A stretch of 64,000 bases of DNA from Blasia pusilla (taxonomy: Eukaryota): contig CM114271.1 in the NCBI GenBank assembly GCA_050084515.1, positions 36,704,001-36,768,000 on the forward strand, given 5' to 3'. Positions 39,087 to 52,789 of this stretch are shown here, piece by piece. The notes under the pieces were generated by a model that saw only the letters and a list, made by a program, of their open reading frames with translations, did not search any database and was not told the DNA's origin. Numbering within the stretch: the first letter of the stretch is position 1; each line of letters opens with the position of its first letter. Both the position numbers and the translations under genes were made by a program.

Positions 39087-42000
39087 CCTATACCGCTTAT
39101 CGCCATTGCGCAGGGTGATCTCGGACAAAGTACCGCATGACATCTCACCTCCTGCGACGGATGTCGTGAGGCACAGCTGTCCGTCCGTTTCGCAACTTCC
39201 CCTGGATGCCATCTGCCGCCCTTACTAACGACGATCGATGGTCTTCACAGTCAGGGATTTGGGTTTCGTGACCCTCCAGGCCCTACGTTGAAGGAGCCGC
39301 CACAGAGCCACGTACTAACGGGTCTGGTCAACACTCCACAACCCCTCACAGTCGAACCTTCGAAGTTCGCACTGTATCACTTCCGAGGCTATGAGTCTAA
39401 ATACCAACGACGGTAGCTCGCTACTGGGTCACTTCATTGACTTCCGTAGCACCCCAGAACCAAGTATGTGGACAGAATTCTCTTCTCTGGCGAGTTTGGG
39501 GGAAGATGAGTTTTGAATGCGTAAAATGGTAATGGCACCAAAATGCTCACGGGTAGAGCGGCTGCATGTGTTTGGAAAATTTATCCACGACCTCCCAAAT
39601 GCCTCGGTGCTCGCGCGGAAAGCATCGTTTCTTTTTAATGCGACGAGCATTTTCCGTATACCACCACACAGGTCCAGGTCCAGAGACACACGATGGCCGC
39701 TTAGAATTAGAGAGGTGCGAGATGATGTGGTGAGAATTTTGGTAAGGTGGATCTGGGATCGATGTAACCAAATCTTGATGCCGTAGAACTTGGAGACACG
39801 GAAGGAATCAGGCTTAACGAGTCACTTTCTTATGGCTTCTTGCGGTGAAAGCAAGTGCTTCCAAGCTTTCGAGACAAAAATCCTGGAGGGTTCACGAGCG
39901 TGAGAGAACAGTCAACTCCATAGCCGAGCACTCTTCCATAAGGTTTTGGTATGGGCGATCCATGGATATACGGCAAATGGTGGTAGGTGACTTTTGTTTC
40001 TAATCACTACTCACTTGGGAACAGCGTCTGCTTAGTCATGGGGTCTTTACTCCTAGTTAGTTCAGGGGAATTTTGAGTCTTCAATCCCCCACTATCCTTT
40101 ACATTCATTATCTTCAACACCCGGATTGATATTCCATCAACTCTATGCGCAAGTCCGACGGACCTTGTCGAGTTTCCCTACGGAGGGTGACCCAATCAGC
40201 AAGTGGGCTAAGATTAATCGAACGAGGTCAATTTTACAGTAGGGGTATCGCTATGACGAAGCGCTTCTGGATAGGAAATAAGATACTTTGGGACGTTCAA
40301 TACTGGAACAAGTCTACGTCCTCATCCTATCTGCCAAATGAGTGATGGTCTTTTCTTTTTCTTCTCTCGGAAGGGGCTAACTAAAATATTGAGGAAACTG
40401 TAGTGTGAGGATAAAGGGGTCAAGGCAGAGAGAGTCGAGGCATTTTTGGCGATATTCAGATTAGAGAATTGTCGCGTAAGTAGCGCTTGGTGAAGGTCTT
40501 AAAATCATTTTGAATTCAAGACTTGCGTTTGACGTGCAATTACAATTTCAAAATACGTCATGTGATTCCGTTGGCTTTGAGGATCCTAGAGGAATCATGC
40601 GAAGAGTAGGACCTGCAATATCTAGCTCATCTTGTTGCTAGCAAGGTTCGCGTAGATGTTTTCATATGGTAGATCATGTGTGGCTACATACGCAGGTATC
40701 AGTTTAAGCGCACGTTTCATAGAGAAATGGGAATCAATTCAAATCTAAAATTTGACTAATAGGAGTTAACATTTTAGTCAAATTATATCATTTTTAAAAC
40801 ATAAAAAATAGTAATATGAATAATGTAATTTTATTTCTAGTTCTATAGTAGTAGTGGGGAAAAAGGTGATTGTACATCTTCTTTTGAATGTTATAAAATT
40901 CATAGTAAGGAATAAATTGAAAATGAAAAAGAGGATGTTTCTAGAATTTATGCAAGTCTTTAATCATTTTGATCTACTCGTAGGATTGAAACGTATTTAT
41001 AAATATACATAAGTTATAATAATCCATCCCAGTTGTTCTCAAGTTGTATGTAATAATATTGCTACGCAATGTTGCATCGGGTCCCAATGTTTCGAACAAT
41101 CAAGTTATTTTCTAGCATTGACATTTTGATTTCTTAGTAAAGATGTATGGAGAAAACATTATGGTGAAAAAATGAGAAACAGGAACTCCAATGATTCAAA
41201 AAATAGACTAGGCGCTCTAGCCAAAAAAAAAAAAACTTTAGGATAATTTTTTTGAATTCTAGGATTTAGGAAAAAAATTGAAGAGAAGATGGAAAAAATA
41301 GAAATTGAAAATTACCCAAAATAAACATCAAATCTTCATAAGAAAACATATAAAAAAATTTGGGAGAAATTCAAGCAAAGATTTACAGTGAAAAAAGTGG
41401 ATAGGAAATTAAGGCATTGAACCATAGATGTAAGAAAAATTAAGAGACGTTTTGGAGAAAAGTTAATACAAGATTTTGATTCCACTAAATTTTTTTCACA
41501 ATGGATCATACCTAAAAAAAAATTCAAATAAATTTTGATGACCCTATTGGCTATCCAATAAGAATTCATAAGTATGGAGCCAATATACACTTAGTGAAAA
41601 CTGGGAGTTTAGTGTGGAGAGGTCATGCATTCAAACGACCATAGTTTTTCCAATGTCATTAAGCACTTAGCAATAGATGATAGAAAGTGTAGAAGTTGGA
41701 TTGATGGTAGATGGTAGAAGTTGGATTGATTATTTAGACTCTGCATGCTAGAGTATTTGTGTGTGGTCTTCTTATTCAATTGAGCTTATCCTACCTCAAC
41801 ATTATAATGTTTTTCTCAGCCACTGCTGTTTGCAACTTACTCATTATTGTATGTCATTTACACATAACAAGTTATCAAACTCAGTTGAGAGATACTCTTC
41901 TCCTTCATCAAAATATATTTGAAGAATATGATGCCCAATCTACTTCTCTACAATGTTTTTCAATGTTTAGAAAATTGAGAATATCAATAAGTTTCATAAA

Positions 42001-42468
42001 GTACATCCATATATATCTAGAGAAATCATCAATAAATAATCATAACCATTTAGGCTATACGGTGATATTTTCCAAACATCATTTTTGAAATTTGAATCAA
42101 CTCCAATATTTTGGATGATCTTCTATCTTGCTTTGAAAATAGAAATTTAGAATTTTTCATTTATAACTCAACAACTTGGATATACCACTAACATAGTACA
42201 ATAAGATAATTAAAATCTGTGCAAGACTTTGTATAAATTAAATATTAAATCTATTTTTTACTTCATATTTTTTATTTGTTAACTTCATGAAGATTTAATC
42301 TCGAAATTTCCAATGGATCACCCATTATTGATAGTGAGTACTCCATAAGTACTCCTAAAAAAAAAGCAGTAGAAAATTGAGTAGTGATGAGTAACAGTTA
42401 ACAATTGTCAAATAGACCACGGTGGTTAAACAGTAGGGTTGATAACAATCAATGGTAATTACATCATA

Positions 42469-42923
42469 TCATACATATGTAAATATGATTCTATTTCAAC
42501 CTTATTCAAAATTCAATGTCTTTAGTTGTATTTTCCCACTCCAATAACCCCTTAAAACATGGATCAACTCATTACAATTATCTTAAATTTGACTCATATT
42601 CCACTAAGCCCCATAAATCTTGGATCAATACCTTTTAAATAAATGTTTCATCGCTTACCTCAAAATAACAAGTTCACCATAATATAATTACCATTAATGA
42701 TAATCTATGAAAATTATGTCACGTCATACATAGATAAATATGGTTCTATTTCAACCTTATTCAAAAGTCATTGTCTATTTTTTTCCATTCCACTTACCCC
42801 TTAAAAAAATGGTTAATTCTCTAAAATTATCTCAAATTTACCTCATACTCCATTAAGCCTCACAAATCTTAGATCAACATCCAATAAATAAAATTTTCAT
42901 CACTTGCCTCAAAATAACAAGTT
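42469..42923. repeat. Diverged AT-rich tandem duplication, ~250-bp period
   Basis: TTCTATTTCAACCTTATTCAAAA and CCTCAAAATAACAAGTT each occur twice, collinearly. Confidence 0.85.
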
Positions 42924-44697
42924 TAACTTGAGTATCCACTAAAAATATGAAGTTAATACTTTTCTACACTCCTTCTAAAGAATTACCCCCAAATTCAAAA
43001 TTACTCTCATATGGTGTCTATGGTAGCCCCACATAAATGGTCACAATTTCATTCTCAAAGATCAAAGTTGTGCACCATTTTCTTGACATGTTTTTTTACT
43101 TCCTCACCTATGATGTTGTCAAATCAGATCCTTTATCTAACCTTCAATCTGAAACTAGTCCCAATCGTCGTGCAACCCACAGCCTTAATTCCAATGAAAA
43201 AGTTGGCAACACTTCCGCGTTGATTTCACCCACAAAAAATTGAAAATATATGCAAATGAAATCCAAAAAGCTTAATGGTGCTCTTGCATAGAAAATCCTA
43301 TCTCCATAATCAATTTCTATCCAAAATCCGATAGCATTTTTGTATGTCACTCTCTCATATAAAATTTGCACAAAAAACAACAAAAACAAGTGTTTCCCAT
43401 TGAATGGGAAACACCGTTCCTAACCTGCAAAAACAAGGAGATATCAACCAGCTCTCATTCTCTCTTTGTAAATCACAAGCACTCAAATGTCTCTTAGGCA
43501 AATCATCTCTCTCTCTCTCATGTCAAACCATTTACACGATAGGTAAATCAAGTGGCTACAACATAAATAACTCAAGATGAGGATTCTAACAAGAAAATTT
43601 ATAGACGAAGAAAGAAAGGAAGACTCAATAAATATTCACTACAGCAATGGAAAACGTCATAATGAGTGGGTGATTTTTAAGACAATGAGAACAACTTGGA
43701 TTTCTAATTCTCCCATAAAGATCCTTGTTAGACTCTCCATCTTCAATCATTTCTCTCGCAACAATCCCACATTATTCCTATTCCTACTTCCATTTGAGCA
43801 TGAAGTAAGAATATTGGTATTACAATGGATACCAAGAAGAAAATCCTTGAAAAAATATTGCTTCTTGCCTTAACGCGAGACTTTGGCCAAAAAAAGGGAC
43901 CATAATCAATTATAGCAAGCCTGACTCATCAACCAAGGGAGAAGTATAATTTAACAAGATAAGGTGGCATATAAGATTAAGGGCATCCCTCACTTCCATT
44001 GTATCCAAATCAAGCTCATCTCAACATAAGGGATCTCGAAAACTATTTGGGATTCATTATTTTGAAAATTTTATTTCCAAAAAGTAGGTAAGGCCTTTAT
44101 GCATATCTATGAAGTGGATAAGCCATTAACACGATATGTGTTTGGATAAGCTTGGTCAATCTTCCTTTGGGGAGGCATCATATTTGCATTTAAATCCAAC
44201 TTATGAATGATCTTATTTTCTTGGAAGTTGGATCAAGGACCTCAATGGGCCAAGCTATGTATTAGTCTAAGCTTTCCATATGACTCCTTGTAAGATCATG
44301 GTGGGATATTTGAATCAGGTGCATAAGATAGAATAACACACATTTGATAAATTCTAATAGACAAATGCTTTTGCAAGTTGGCTACTTGTGGGATAAGAAA
44401 ATGGCATTCGAGAGATAATTAGGATGCCAATAAAAAGTTTTACATTGATAGGGAAAATGCAATTGGTGCTTTCCAATTGGGTAGAAGTAAATTTTACACC
44501 TTAAATGGACATGTTTTGGAACGAGTATCTTTCCTTCTTCCACGACCCTAGCCCTCAACCAATTTGATGGTCTTAGAGGTTGGGATTAAGTGAAATCGGA
44601 AACAACATCATCTTAGCATATTTCATGGCATTGGAATCAACTACATTTTCCCATGCAATTCATATATTAGGCAATCATAATTGCCCAATTGGTTGCA

Positions 44698-45720
44698 AGT
44701 CGTAAATAGCTAAGTCTATGGGGCTAACACTGTGAGAAAACAGAAAGTGACTAAATCACTGAAATCTTTACAAAAACTTAGAGATACAAAGTGGCCTTGT
44801 CCGTCCGTGCGCTCACAGAAGAGCTTCGATGGAACCTGAACTGGGAGATAACTCGACATACGAGAATGCGCTACCGCTGCGGCTCCCGACTATTTGACTA
44901 CTCGGGAAAACTAGGGTTTTTACCTATTTTTCTTCGTTTCTATTAATAGAAAAATATAGGTTTATCTAACCCTATATTGCATCAGGGTGCCCCGTACCCT
45001 GATGCAATATAGGGTTAGATAAACCTAGTAACGCTACTCCGTAAACCACCTACGTCATATTACTATGACTCCTTCGATGTCTAAGTCGGAACCATCGATC
45101 TAGGCTTCTCCTCATACAAGGGGGCCGATCAAATCAATGGTGCTCAGAGGAGTGGATGTTGAGAATCCAATAAACACTAGCAGGGATATAGAAAGCGAGT
45201 TATAATCGTAGATCCAAGGATAAAAGACCTTGGCGTGACCCACCAAAGTCAAAACCTAGACTGGCCACTGACGATACTAGGAATGTCAATGGAACATTGT
45301 GAACTAACGAGAGGCGAGATGGTTATGCGCCTTGTGATATGCCTTTGGTGAAAAAGGGACATAGATACTCCTGTGGGTAAGGGCAAGGAAATAAAAGTGC
45401 GAGACCCTTGAGCAAAGCTCCAAATAAAGGATGAGAAGCAAGATAAATGATAGTAGTCAAGGCGGGCAAGACAACATGAGACTAGTCATGAAACACGAAG
45501 GGCGGCATTGTTGTCAAACTGCGAGGGTTGAGACACATGCTACCATGCCTCAGGAATTGGCATGTATAGAATCTAGAGGAAGACTCTGCCATGCCATCTT
45601 GGGGGTAATTAATCAAACGTGAGCCCACGGATTGCAAACCATGTTTGGATTGTGGGCCAAAATAAAGGGCTTAGAGTGGAAAATGGGGAAGGTAGGATTC
45701 CCATGGAGAACCCCCAAAGT
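44698..45720. repeat. Decayed LTR-like repeat (family 2) interrupted by the copia solo LTR
   Basis: Collinear similarity with the reverse complement of ~58800-59436 (AATAGCYAAGTCTATG, GTGACCCAYCAAAGT, ACTAGTCAYGAAA). Confidence 0.65.
44731..45172 (-). mobile_element. Solo LTR, copia family 1
   Basis: TGTGAG...CCAATA (terminal CA mutated to TA) with perfect TSD AACAC (44726-44730 and 45173-45177). Confidence 0.96.
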
Positions 45721-47395
45721 TAGTATAGGAAGATACTCTCTCCCCACCTGTTTAAGTCCATGAACAAGGGATTCATCATGATGCATGTTTAACTAGCCAC
45801 CTTTCAAAATTATGCCAAGGAACCATTGAGAATACACCTTGAGGAAATAAAAAATTTGCTCTGATATAGGCAGGAAACTTGGGGAGGCTTCCCAGGGAGA
45901 TAGTTCAAACTTGGAGAGACTAGTAGTTGAAGCCCACACGTTGCCAACCCACAGACCCATTAGCGCTTGGCGGATTCTCAGATACATTTGGAATACACAA
46001 CCAATTGAGTTTTTGAGACTCAACCCAAAACTTCCACTTCAATTGAGTTTTGAAAGCATACATCAATTTTTTTAAGTCGTTTTTTTTAGTTAGCTCTAAT
46101 ATATTTGAGACACAACTTTATTAAATAATTCTAGAGGGGATATATACATCAAGGGTTTTTTACCAAGAAGAGAAAATAGGGGATTTAGAGATCACTTCTT
46201 CTTTCTGCTCTCATAACACTAACTATAACAAGTCTATTTGGGATATCCTCTAGTCCTTTCTATGAAATGTTTCCTTTCAATCAAGATGACCATACGTCAA
46301 AAAGTCAAAAAATCTTACTCGAGAATTTTCCGCTTGAACAATATCACCAATAATCATTTGAACTTAGACTTTCCATGGTACTATTTTTTTATATAATTCT
46401 ACTGAAGTTTCACACAAGATCACCATATTGAACAAAGTCTAAAAGTTCCAAGATCAATTAGAGGACATGCACATAAATATTCTAATAAACATTGAAACTA
46501 GGAATAGTTTTCCCTCAAACCAAGAACATTCATTCAAGTCAAAACTTATTATATTACTCTCTTCTCATGGACTTCTACTGTTCCCTTAAGTGTCATAAGA
46601 GATGACAATGATGAGCAAAGTCTAAAAATCCCAAGGTCAATTGGAAGGTGTACAAATAAATTTTCCAATGAATAGATTAGGAATTTTCCACTTGAACCAA
46701 AATGATTAATTTGGGCTAAAATTGGTCTAATTATTCCATGTATGAAATTTTGTATGCCATCATTATTTATTAGTATTACCATACTCACCAAAATTCCAAG
46801 GATTTGTGTTAGGAGGTGCAACAATACCTTCTTCTCTTCCAGATTTTCCACTTGAACAAAAGTGGATGTTTGGACTAAAACTTGGTTAACTACTCCTTTT
46901 TAAGAAATAGCAGCCTTTCCCAAAGTTTCATGCAATGTTATCTTCCATTCCAAAGTCTAAAAATATTAAGGTTAATGGGAGGATGCTTACTCAAAGCTGG
47001 GCCTATTAATGGAAATTAATGATGATAGTTTTGTTTTTCCATAAGGATGAATTGAATCCATTTTGGCTGAAACTTGGTTCACATATCATTTATATAGAAT
47101 CTTTATATACCAATAAGTTTTGTAGAATATTTTGATATGTCCCAAAGTCCTCAATTTCCAAGTTGATTTGTAGAATATACCATTAAACACTTCACACCCT
47201 TTATTGAAAATTGGAGTTGGAAGTTTTCTATTGAAACCAACAAGTCTAAAATTCATAGAATTTTCCTCCTTATGAAATCCTACAACACCCCAAACTTTTA
47301 TAGAGGATGAAAATTCTTCCCAAAGTGCAAAATTCCCATTTATGGAAATAGTCTAATATTTTCGTGCGCCTACTCTGCTTGAACGTCAATCTTAG

Positions 47396-48381
47396 TGTTG
47401 TGGAAGCGTATGTTCAGTAGGACACGCTCTCATCGCCAACTTGCACCCAAACGCACTCACGTTAGTCTCGCTTTGGTTCAAGCATCTTTCCAACCCACCG
47501 AGTCCTCAACTCGGCATCTCATCAAGCTCAACCTTCCCTCATTCCTAAGTTCCTAAACGGGCAAGCCTTCTGAGACTTGGGACAGACTTTCTTGTTAGTC
47601 CAGGCATCTGAAACAGCATTTGCGCGCCTAGCGGTCCCAAGTGTCCAAAGGACCTCGCATGAGTCCCTAACCGAGACTCAACAATATGAGTTGCAAGTTG
47701 GAATCCAATAGGGATCTCCAAAATCCCTCTATTGAACTTTGTTTGGGTTTTGAAGCCCAACACTAATCTCAAGATCCGTTCTGTGCCCTTGGGTCGCACC
47801 GCAGTGCCCAAAGTGGGGTTCGAGTCCCAAGCTTTCTTGGAGACCTTCCCCCTTACTAGAACTTATGGAAAACTCTCGGGTCCCCCTACCTTTGGGAAAG
47901 CTAGGGGAAACACAAGGGCGAGACACAAGAGCCCCTCTTTTTGGCCCTCAACCTGACTCCTCTTACAGTCGATTTTGGCCCATATCTCAACCTCTGCATA
48001 GGTGTTTGCAAAGGTCTTTGGTGCATTGGTACCGGCTTGACATAAGCTTTCCAACGCTACCTTACTTGTCCCAAACGTCTTGGGACTACAAATTATGGTC
48101 AAAAGTACAGTCAGAAACTCCCAAGCGCTGCCGCGTCTCAAGTTTGGTTTTCACCCCTTGGCCGCGTCTCATCCAAGACTTGACTTCTCTCAAGTCTGAG
48201 TACCACGTTTGGTTCCGGTTTCCTGGTCACGACCACTACACATGAAACACTTGAAACGCTCGCCTTGCTCGCGTCTCGCCCTTGTGTTTCCTTAACTCCC
48301 AAAGCGCAAACCATCCTAGCATGAGCTCGCTGAAGTTGGGATGTTTCGCTTGGCGCTTGTTTGGTTATGAGGGTTGTGAAA
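47396..48381. repeat. LTR-like repeat (family 3), copy 1
   Basis: Collinear with 61649-62572 from TGTTG..GAAGCGTA to TTTGGTTATGAGGGT. Confidence 0.7.
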
Positions 48382-49299
48382 AATATGGAGTCCACATCAA
48401 GGTTAAGTTGAATTTTTTTCACATTTTCTGAAATTTTGAGCATATGGTCCCAACGAGAGCATTAAAGAAAACCGTGGATTGGACAAGGTGAAGGATGGAA
48501 GGCGCATGGCGCCATACAATGAGAGCACTGGTAAGGTCACCGAGCGTTGAACGTCGATAGCGAGCCTTAGGCACCAGAAAAAGGTCTCCGGATCGGGAAG
48601 TGGGCGCCTCTTGGGATTAAGCCAAAATAAACAAACAAGGATGCCAACACCTCATCACGCTAGGGTTGATTTAGAAAAAAATTCCATAAATTTGTCCAAT
48701 TTAGTTGGGTTATGACTAAGTTCCAACATAAATCATAAAATTACACAAATGCACATAGCATAGTGGGAGTAGGTGATAAGAGGGGTGGGGCTTACTTTAG
48801 TATATAAGTATGGTGAAGGAAGTTGAATCTCTAATTTTTCTTTTTACCAAGAGTAAGAGCAGCGCATCGTTGCTTATTGTAGTGGACAACGATCTCTAAC
48901 TAGCCTTAGATAAGAAACACTTTTCTGGTTTGGAGGTGGGGAGGAAATGGATGTTTTGTAGACTATGATGTGTTGGATATTTTTGGAAACATACTCACTA
49001 CGAATGTGGATTGAGATGTATGCCCTCCTGAGGCACAAAATGGTTTGAATTCCTTTGCTTAAGAGCAACTCAGATTCTTTCAAAGATGTGTAGGAATTAG
49101 GAAGAAGGATACTACCATTTGCAATTGGATTTAAGGCCAATTCATATTTAATCTTACCAATTTATGGCAACATATGATTGGGTAGTCTCTTAGGAAACAA
49201 TTGAAGAGAAGCAAGAATCCCACATTAAAAAATGCTTGAATTTTTCTTATCCCTTGGAGACATTGGTTGGTATGTGGAAAGAAAATAAAGGTGGTAGGA

Positions 49300-51064
49300 C
49301 TAACATTCCTCCACCTGTAAGGCGATAAAATGAATACATAGGGCAATTGCATAAATCTACAAGTTCCATACCTGAGGCTCCTATGAGACTAGATTATAAT
49401 CTTATCATTGATTGTAGTACTCCTAGTATGTCGTTGGTCAATCCTAGAGGCAATGATTCAGTTACAACCACTATGGACCTATTGTCACAGAACAAAGTGA
49501 GAAACTTAGTGTTAAAGGAAGAGATGGTTGGCTCTAATTCGGTTTATGTGAGGGGTCTATTAGCTTCATTATAGAAGAATCAAACCCACAAGGATATCCA
49601 TTGGAATTTTGTGCTCTCCTTTATAACCTCTGGATGGTTTTTCAACTTTACAAATAATTCTCATTTCTAAAAGGGCTTAACGACAGTTGCTAGATTAGGG
49701 ATTGCATATTGTGGACCCAAACCACATTGGATGCAAAAAAAGGATCCAATTTGGTACAAAGCTCGTATTGAAAAAATTATGAAAATGATGGTGAAACAAG
49801 GGAAGAAATCTAAATATATGATTTATACCAACAAATGGACCAAATGCCAAGGAATCTTTTGGTGATATTCATGGGAGGTGAATGTTTCATGGAGGCCATC
49901 AATGCCTTAGGCGTGATAAATAATACAAGATGGATTGCGAGAATCATTCTTGGACATATCGATAAATTGGACCCAAAGACTTTAATTTATTTAGTGACAT
50001 ATAATGTCATAATTTGTATGTTCGCAAGTTCCCTACAAAAGCTTATCCTGATATTTTATAGGCTAGTTATGTCGCGCCCTAGATTGGATTTTTTTTTGCA
50101 AAGATTCAAGTAGAATCGGTAGAATAGTATTATGATATTCATTAAGAATTATCTTGCTACACATAGTATGTTTTTGGACCTTTTCTCTTATGGGTTGACA
50201 ATGCTTCTACCCATAGAGAAAATATTTGCGATAAATTACATCTGTTTGTATCGAGTTTTTGAGCTTTGATTATGTTTAAAGCATGTGATGATTAGTGATG
50301 ATTTTGAGACTTTCATTAGTGGTGCAAATGGGAAAATAAGGTTGGAGGCACAAAGTCTCTGAAAAATAGTATTGGATACTTTATTCAAGGCTAAAGTGCA
50401 TGATATTCAGGAGGTCATTTTGGAACTCTATATCTTGATAAGATTAGTCAATGCTAAATGAAACAACCATTTGAATTATGGCTCTTTCCGTAAGGGTGAG
50501 GATGACGAGATCTACCTTAGATACCGTCTAGCCACTCTAAGGCAAAGTAACACGCCCTCATTGGATAGTGCAATTAGAAGATGCATGGGGTGCATCCTTA
50601 TATTAGTAGGCATTACCACTCAGGATCAATATGACATTTCACGAGGTTGAATTGGACCTTCTACAACTCTATTAGTCTAGTATGCCCCACGTGCATGACA
50701 TATTAGGTGCTTGTAATGGCATAGGTAGGATTTGAGACATGAGAGTTGATGGCACCGCATTGCGGGTGCTATCATCCATATGTATATATACCATTATCCA
50801 TATGTATATATACCTTTTTTTGTTTCTCCACCATTTATCTTGTGTGATTGGAATGAAAAATCTATTGAATCAATTTTGTGTGTGTATATATGAAATTAAA
50901 TGAAGAATTTATTGAAAAGGAACATTTTGAGTTTTTTGCAAGTCAAACTTAAAAATTGCATTGCACCTCAATTGCAAGTTACACTTCCAATTATGCTCCA
51001 ATATTCAATTGCAAGTGTATCACACTCAAACCTGCAATTACATTGGGGCCCCAATACAACTATG
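49300..51064 (+). mobile_element. Decayed hAT transposase (DUF659-type) with possible right end near 51064
   Basis: FMEAINALGV..WIARII..HIDKLDPKTLIYLVTYN..LDFFL matches the FLKAVD..IGP.NVVQVVTDN..HxLDL pattern. Subterminal CAATTGCA repeats are followed by ACAACTATG. Confidence 0.6.
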
Positions 51065-51339
51065 GTATGACTCTTGGGACTAGCAAAGTTGTTGCGAATA
51101 CGGTAGTGAGGGACCCAAGAAGCAAGTCATGATTGCAAGTAAGAGGAGGATCAATTTTGGTATGAAAAAACAAGGCAAAACTTAGGCTAACTTAAAACTA
51201 TAGAAGATGGCGGATCCTAACATGAGAATAACACTAGTCAAGATGGTTGAGTGCTCAAGACTAGCATTAGAAGAACGAGACATAGTCACTTCAGTGGTTA
51301 TAAGATAAGGCAAGATAGATCAAAGGTCTTGAACTCTAA

Positions 51340-51670
51340 CTCCTATTTGAGGGTGAGTAGCATCAAAGGGTGGTTATGCATGGATTACATATTTACATGG
51401 CATTGAAAAAATAGAACATCAAGAATAAGTATACATTGCCCATATCGGTTGACTTGTTCATGTGGTGGAGAGCATCAAATGCTTTTCCAAGAGGAAGAAA
51501 TTTACAAAACATGATGAACTTAAGCTTCTGATGAGGATGAGATTTGGATCTTTTAAGTTCCTAGTGATATCTTTTAGATTAAGCAACGCACCAAATGTAT
51601 TCATAAGTCATGACTCTTATGAATGTATCTATCAAGATCTCCTAGATAGGGGTTAGTAATTTATTTATAC
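51340..51670 (+). pseudogene. Ty3/gypsy (chromovirus-type) RT fragment
   Basis: Decayed LCMDY..IKNKYTLPI..DLF and RMRFGSFKFLVISFRLSNAP. Confidence 0.7.
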
Positions 51671-51909
51671 ATTTAGCTTGTATCTTCATCTTGCTTAAAG
51701 GAAGTTTGAATCCTAAACTCCTACTTTACAATCTGATAAAACTCTCTGCAAGGCACACACTTAGTTATCTACTTCCAAGGATGGTAAATAATATTTTATG
51801 GTTTTACCACTTGTTATAAATATTCCGATTTCCATTGAATTCAAGAGTGTCCAATACGTCATGTTCATGACAAAGATTTAGGTTTGAAGGCATAACTACC
51901 TCTCAATGA

Positions 51910-52536
51910 TGTCGTGCGCATACACATCGCTACACAACCCACATCTCTGGTCACATCTATATACCACACAACAACGATCTTCCCCAACATACGGGTAGAT
52001 CCACACATAAACAAAATATACTCACGCATATACAAAAGAACCCCCCAACAAAATCAAGAGTAGTAAAAACGGCTCACCTAGCCTAAAACTCCACTCATGA
52101 ATCTACATCGGCATATCGAACCACATCCACCCTCTACTATGAGGGAATCCGGATGCTAGCACCCTAATTCCTACACACCCACACACGTCTATGCAAGAGA
52201 GGCACTCCTAAGGCTCAACATGAGAAAGATGGCTTGTGAAAGCCATCTTCCTCACTCTTATACCCTTGAGAAGAGCCAAAAGGCTCTTTCCCCAAAATAG
52301 CCCTAACAAGAGTAACCTGCGTGCACAGGTTACCGGGTGACCGTTGACTCGGTCAAGAGGTCACCTAACAGACTAAAACCAAAACAGGGGAATCTCCATA
52401 AACAACGATCTCGACACAACTGACATGTCGCCAACCTCATCTGACATCTCGCGACAAAGTTACACCCGACCAACCCGCTGACTGTCTATGCCGCCGACGC
52501 AATAGAACTCTACCTACGTCGAAATAAGATGTAACA
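51910..52536. repeat. Possible solo LTR (family 4)
   Basis: TG...CA ends with 4-bp flanks ATGA/ATGA. Its first ~22 bp recur at 63389. Confidence 0.4.
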
Positions 52537-52789
52537 ATGATCCTTACTTCTCTTTGAGGCTTGATTTTGGTTTGGTCAATAAAATATTCAATTCTTGTTA
52601 TTAAATGGAAATATTTTCTTGGGTATAGCGTCGAATGAGTGAACCTCTATAACCAATATTTCTTTGATATTCATATCCCATCCACATTATTTTTTATGAT
52701 AATGTAATCTAATGATGTAGTTTTATGATAGAATATGACCCCCCAAGCCCATTTGAATGTAACTAATAAATAGAGAGACTGTACTCATT

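Noticed and set aside
43000-44680. Possible decayed retroelement ORF on the minus strand
   Set aside because: No diagnostic motif could be recovered by eye.
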